A DNA stretch of 64,000 nt from a virus (Duplodnaviria; Caudoviricetes), in the IMG/VR virus record IMGVR_UViG_3300021185_003040, positions 59,788-123,787 of that record; one strand, given 5' to 3'. Both the position numbers and the translations under genes were made by a program. The number at the start of each line of letters is the position of its first letter. The first letter of the stretch is position 1. Of the stretch, positions 62,187-64,000 are shown one piece after another. The notes below the pieces were generated by a model. It searched no databases, had not been told where the DNA came from, and saw only the letters and a program-made list of their open reading frames with translations.

Positions 62187-62527
62187 TTTTTAGTTATTTG
62201 TATTTTCAAAGAAGAAGTACCCTGTATAATTCTATGATACTCTCCTGCATTTACTTCTATATATCCTTTTAATTCTATAGGGAGCTTATTATCGTATTGG
62301 AACTTCCAATCATTTTCGTTTAAAGCTTCGATAACCCTGTCCTCCTCGTCGAAGTGCCATTTAAAAAGATGTTCAGGTTGGTTTGGTAAGAATTCTCTAA
62401 TGATTATATTTTTTGAAACAGCCGTCTCCGTAAAGGGTAATGTTTTATCATCGACCATGGATATCATTTCTTCCATGGACATTTCTCCACAACCGCAACT
62501 TTTACATTTACAATCTTTATCTACCAT
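62183..62527 (-). CDS. Small cupin-like protein
   Basis: WHxDxEDR...W.FQ.D...YHRII cupin pattern; likely start MVDKDC at 62527, overlapping the upstream stop. Confidence 0.6.
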   Translation of the reverse strand: MVDKDCKCKSCGCGEMSMEEMISMVDDKTLPFTETAVSKNIIIREFLPNQPEHLFKWHFDEEDRVIEALNENDWKFQYDNKLPIELKGYIEVNAGEYHRIIQGTSSLKIQITKK

Positions 62528-63060
62528 GGTTGATCGCTTTTTATACCAAGCTGTTTTCCAAAAAGAGTAGGTCCGTAACATGCCCAAAATCCCGCCTTAG
62601 TCGGATCCATCTTAGCCATTTTATCACAACCGTGTCTAGCCCAAAAGTTAGCTGCTCTTCCCGGGTCGTCGTTCTTAATAGTAGATGAAGGATCTCCCCA
62701 TTCTAATTTCTTAGCAATGATGTTTCCTTCTTTATCAGTTCTTCCACTATTTCTGTAAACTATGAATTTCTTATTTCCACCCCTCGTTGGTGAATCTAAT
62801 TTTACATTCTTTTGATTTCCTCCTCTAGGTTTATAGACTGCTTTAGTTCCTACTTCTAGATTTTTAGCCATCCATCCTGAAGGACCCTTTAAGATAATAT
62901 TGTTTTTATCCCAATATTGTTTTACTTCTTCAAATAATTCAATATATGCATCGCTTCCTAAACGAAAGAATGAATTAGTAAGATCTAATCCTTCTTCAAT
63001 GTGAGCTTTTAATTCGGGTGAAACTTCGTTCCAATCTTCAAATGTCTTTATAAACTTCAT
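62521..63060 (-). CDS. Conserved phage protein with leader (possibly DUF6321-like C-terminus)
   Basis: MKFIKTFEDWNE|V; WGDP...IK..DP.R..NF.ARH.C......KAGFWAC. Confidence 0.55.
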   Translation of the reverse strand: MKFIKTFEDWNEVSPELKAHIEEGLDLTNSFFRLGSDAYIELFEEVKQYWDKNNIILKGPSGWMAKNLEVGTKAVYKPRGGNQKNVKLDSPTRGGNKKFIVYRNSGRTDKEGNIIAKKLEWGDPSSTIKNDDPGRAANFWARHGCDKMAKMDPTKAGFWACYGPTLFGKQLGIKSDQPW

Positions 63061-63071
63061 AACTTATATAT

Positions 63072-64000
63072 CTATGATAGAACGAGCTCCTTTAAAAACT
63101 CCTGCTTGTATCGCTGTAGGGCAAGTTCTTTCGCCTTTGCTTCGAGTTCGATATCTAGATCCATACCATACGTTTCAATGTGATCATATACATAATCAGC
63201 ATGTGCACGTTTATTGCCTTGTGTAGCATCTTCGTGTATTTGTTTACATGAAGAATAGTGGCATAGTTGGCGAATTCCTTTAGGCCATGATTTAGCTGCA
63301 AGTTCTAGAGCTTCTTTTTCTGGCATTGAATCTTCGTAGCACCAGTGATGATGATAGTCAAATGTTATTGGAGTTTTACCCGTTAATAGATGTATGTCAT
63401 ATAAATCCTGTACCGAATACTGTGCTGTTTTGTCATCGTTTTCGATAACTAGACGATTCGCTGCGCCTGGAGTAAGTCGCTTGAAATTTTCAGCAAATCT
63501 TTTCTTAGTAGCTTCTTTATCGTCGTAGGTTCCGCCGATGTGAATATTGATAGCAGCATAAGGAGTTTGTGGTAAATCTAGCATATCCATTATTTCGCCG
63601 TGTTGACGTAAATCTTTAAGGGCTTTGATAACTACCTTTTCATTCGGAGAAGCAAGAACATTGAAAGGACCTGGATGGAATGTCAATCTTTGGCCATATT
63701 GTTTAGCAAGTTTACCTGCACCTTTCATTAGATTACACACTTTGTCATAATCAGGAAGTTCAGATAATTCGTATTCCGACATCCATGGAAATAGATTACT
63801 TGACATACGATACATTGTTATGTCGTTCTTGTAATTCCACTTGATAATTTCTATCATGTCCTTGATATTTAACACTGCAAGTTCTGATGCGTATTTAATA
63901 CCCTTTTCCATGAAGGTTCTTTTAATCATTTTTCTACCAACATATATGTTCGATTCTTTTTTAAGAGTCATGTTGATACAACAATATCCGTAGTCTGCTG
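63072..64000 (-). CDS. uvsE: UV-damage endonuclease (UvsE/UVDE); start lies beyond the window
   Basis: Frame stays open upstream (..ADYGYCCINMTL); YRMSS, HPGPF, IHIGG, IENDD, FDYHHH, HAD and ELEAK.KE. Confidence 0.92.
   Translation of the reverse strand, partial: ADYGYCCINMTLKKESNIYVGRKMIKRTFMEKGIKYASELAVLNIKDMIEIIKWNYKNDITMYRMSSNLFPWMSEYELSELPDYDKVCNLMKGAGKLAKQYGQRLTFHPGPFNVLASPNEKVVIKALKDLRQHGEIMDMLDLPQTPYAAINIHIGGTYDDKEATKKRFAENFKRLTPGAANRLVIENDDKTAQYSVQDLYDIHLLTGKTPITFDYHHHWCYEDSMPEKEALELAAKSWPKGIRQLCHYSSCKQIHEDATQGNKRAHADYVYDHIETYGMDLDIELEAKAKELALQRYKQEFLKELVLS

Noticed and set aside
62528-62587. Upstream extension of the cupin ORF given by the ORF track
   Set aside because: It overlaps the conserved C-terminus of the upstream gene; the ATG at 62527 fits translational coupling better.
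830-62688. Many plus-strand ORFs of 60-200 aa (e.g. 6286-6888)
   Set aside because: They lie antisense to long minus-strand genes and have Ser/Phe/Leu-rich shadow composition with no recognisable motifs.
1-64000. Stop-codon reassignment, as seen in some large phages
   Set aside because: Genes tile densely in the standard code, and TAA, TAG and TGA all end genes at sensible boundaries.
1-64000. tRNA, rRNA, introns, inteins, reverse transcriptase or DGR
   Set aside because: Intergenic gaps are too short, and no cloverleaf, intein, RT or template/variable repeat pair was recognised by eye. A tRNAscan/Infernal run would be needed to exclude them formally.

Overview
The window is a segment of a large, AT-rich, T4-like (myovirus, possibly jumbo) phage genome. 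Almost every gene is on the minus strand, tightly packed and read in the standard code. The host is probably Bacteroidota (inference: A-rich leaders without Shine-Dalgarno sites, and a Bacteroidota-phage-type spanin-like gene). Left to right: a cytidylyltransferase fragment and methylglyoxal synthase; a block of proteins (958-14455) carrying T4-style capsid-targeting leaders and repeated E-S-x-x-x-E motifs, with an embedded nuclease / ligase-like / HIGH-nucleotidyltransferase trio; a replication module (UvsW, UvsY, primase, gp32 SSB, RuvC-like); a long tail, fibre, baseplate and neck module; an amidoligase and a ribosomal protein S1 homologue; baseplate hub genes; small hypotheticals; dCMP deaminase; more leader-tagged proteins; and a UvsE UV endonuclease. 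Two promoter classes can be read from the DNA: AAAC-N17-TATAA(T/C) and G(A)ATATATA. The best candidate for an undescribed system is a set of putative virion-packaged 'polyproteins': strings of unrelated small modules separated by probable prohead-protease cleavage sites. All family assignments come from motif recognition, not database searches.
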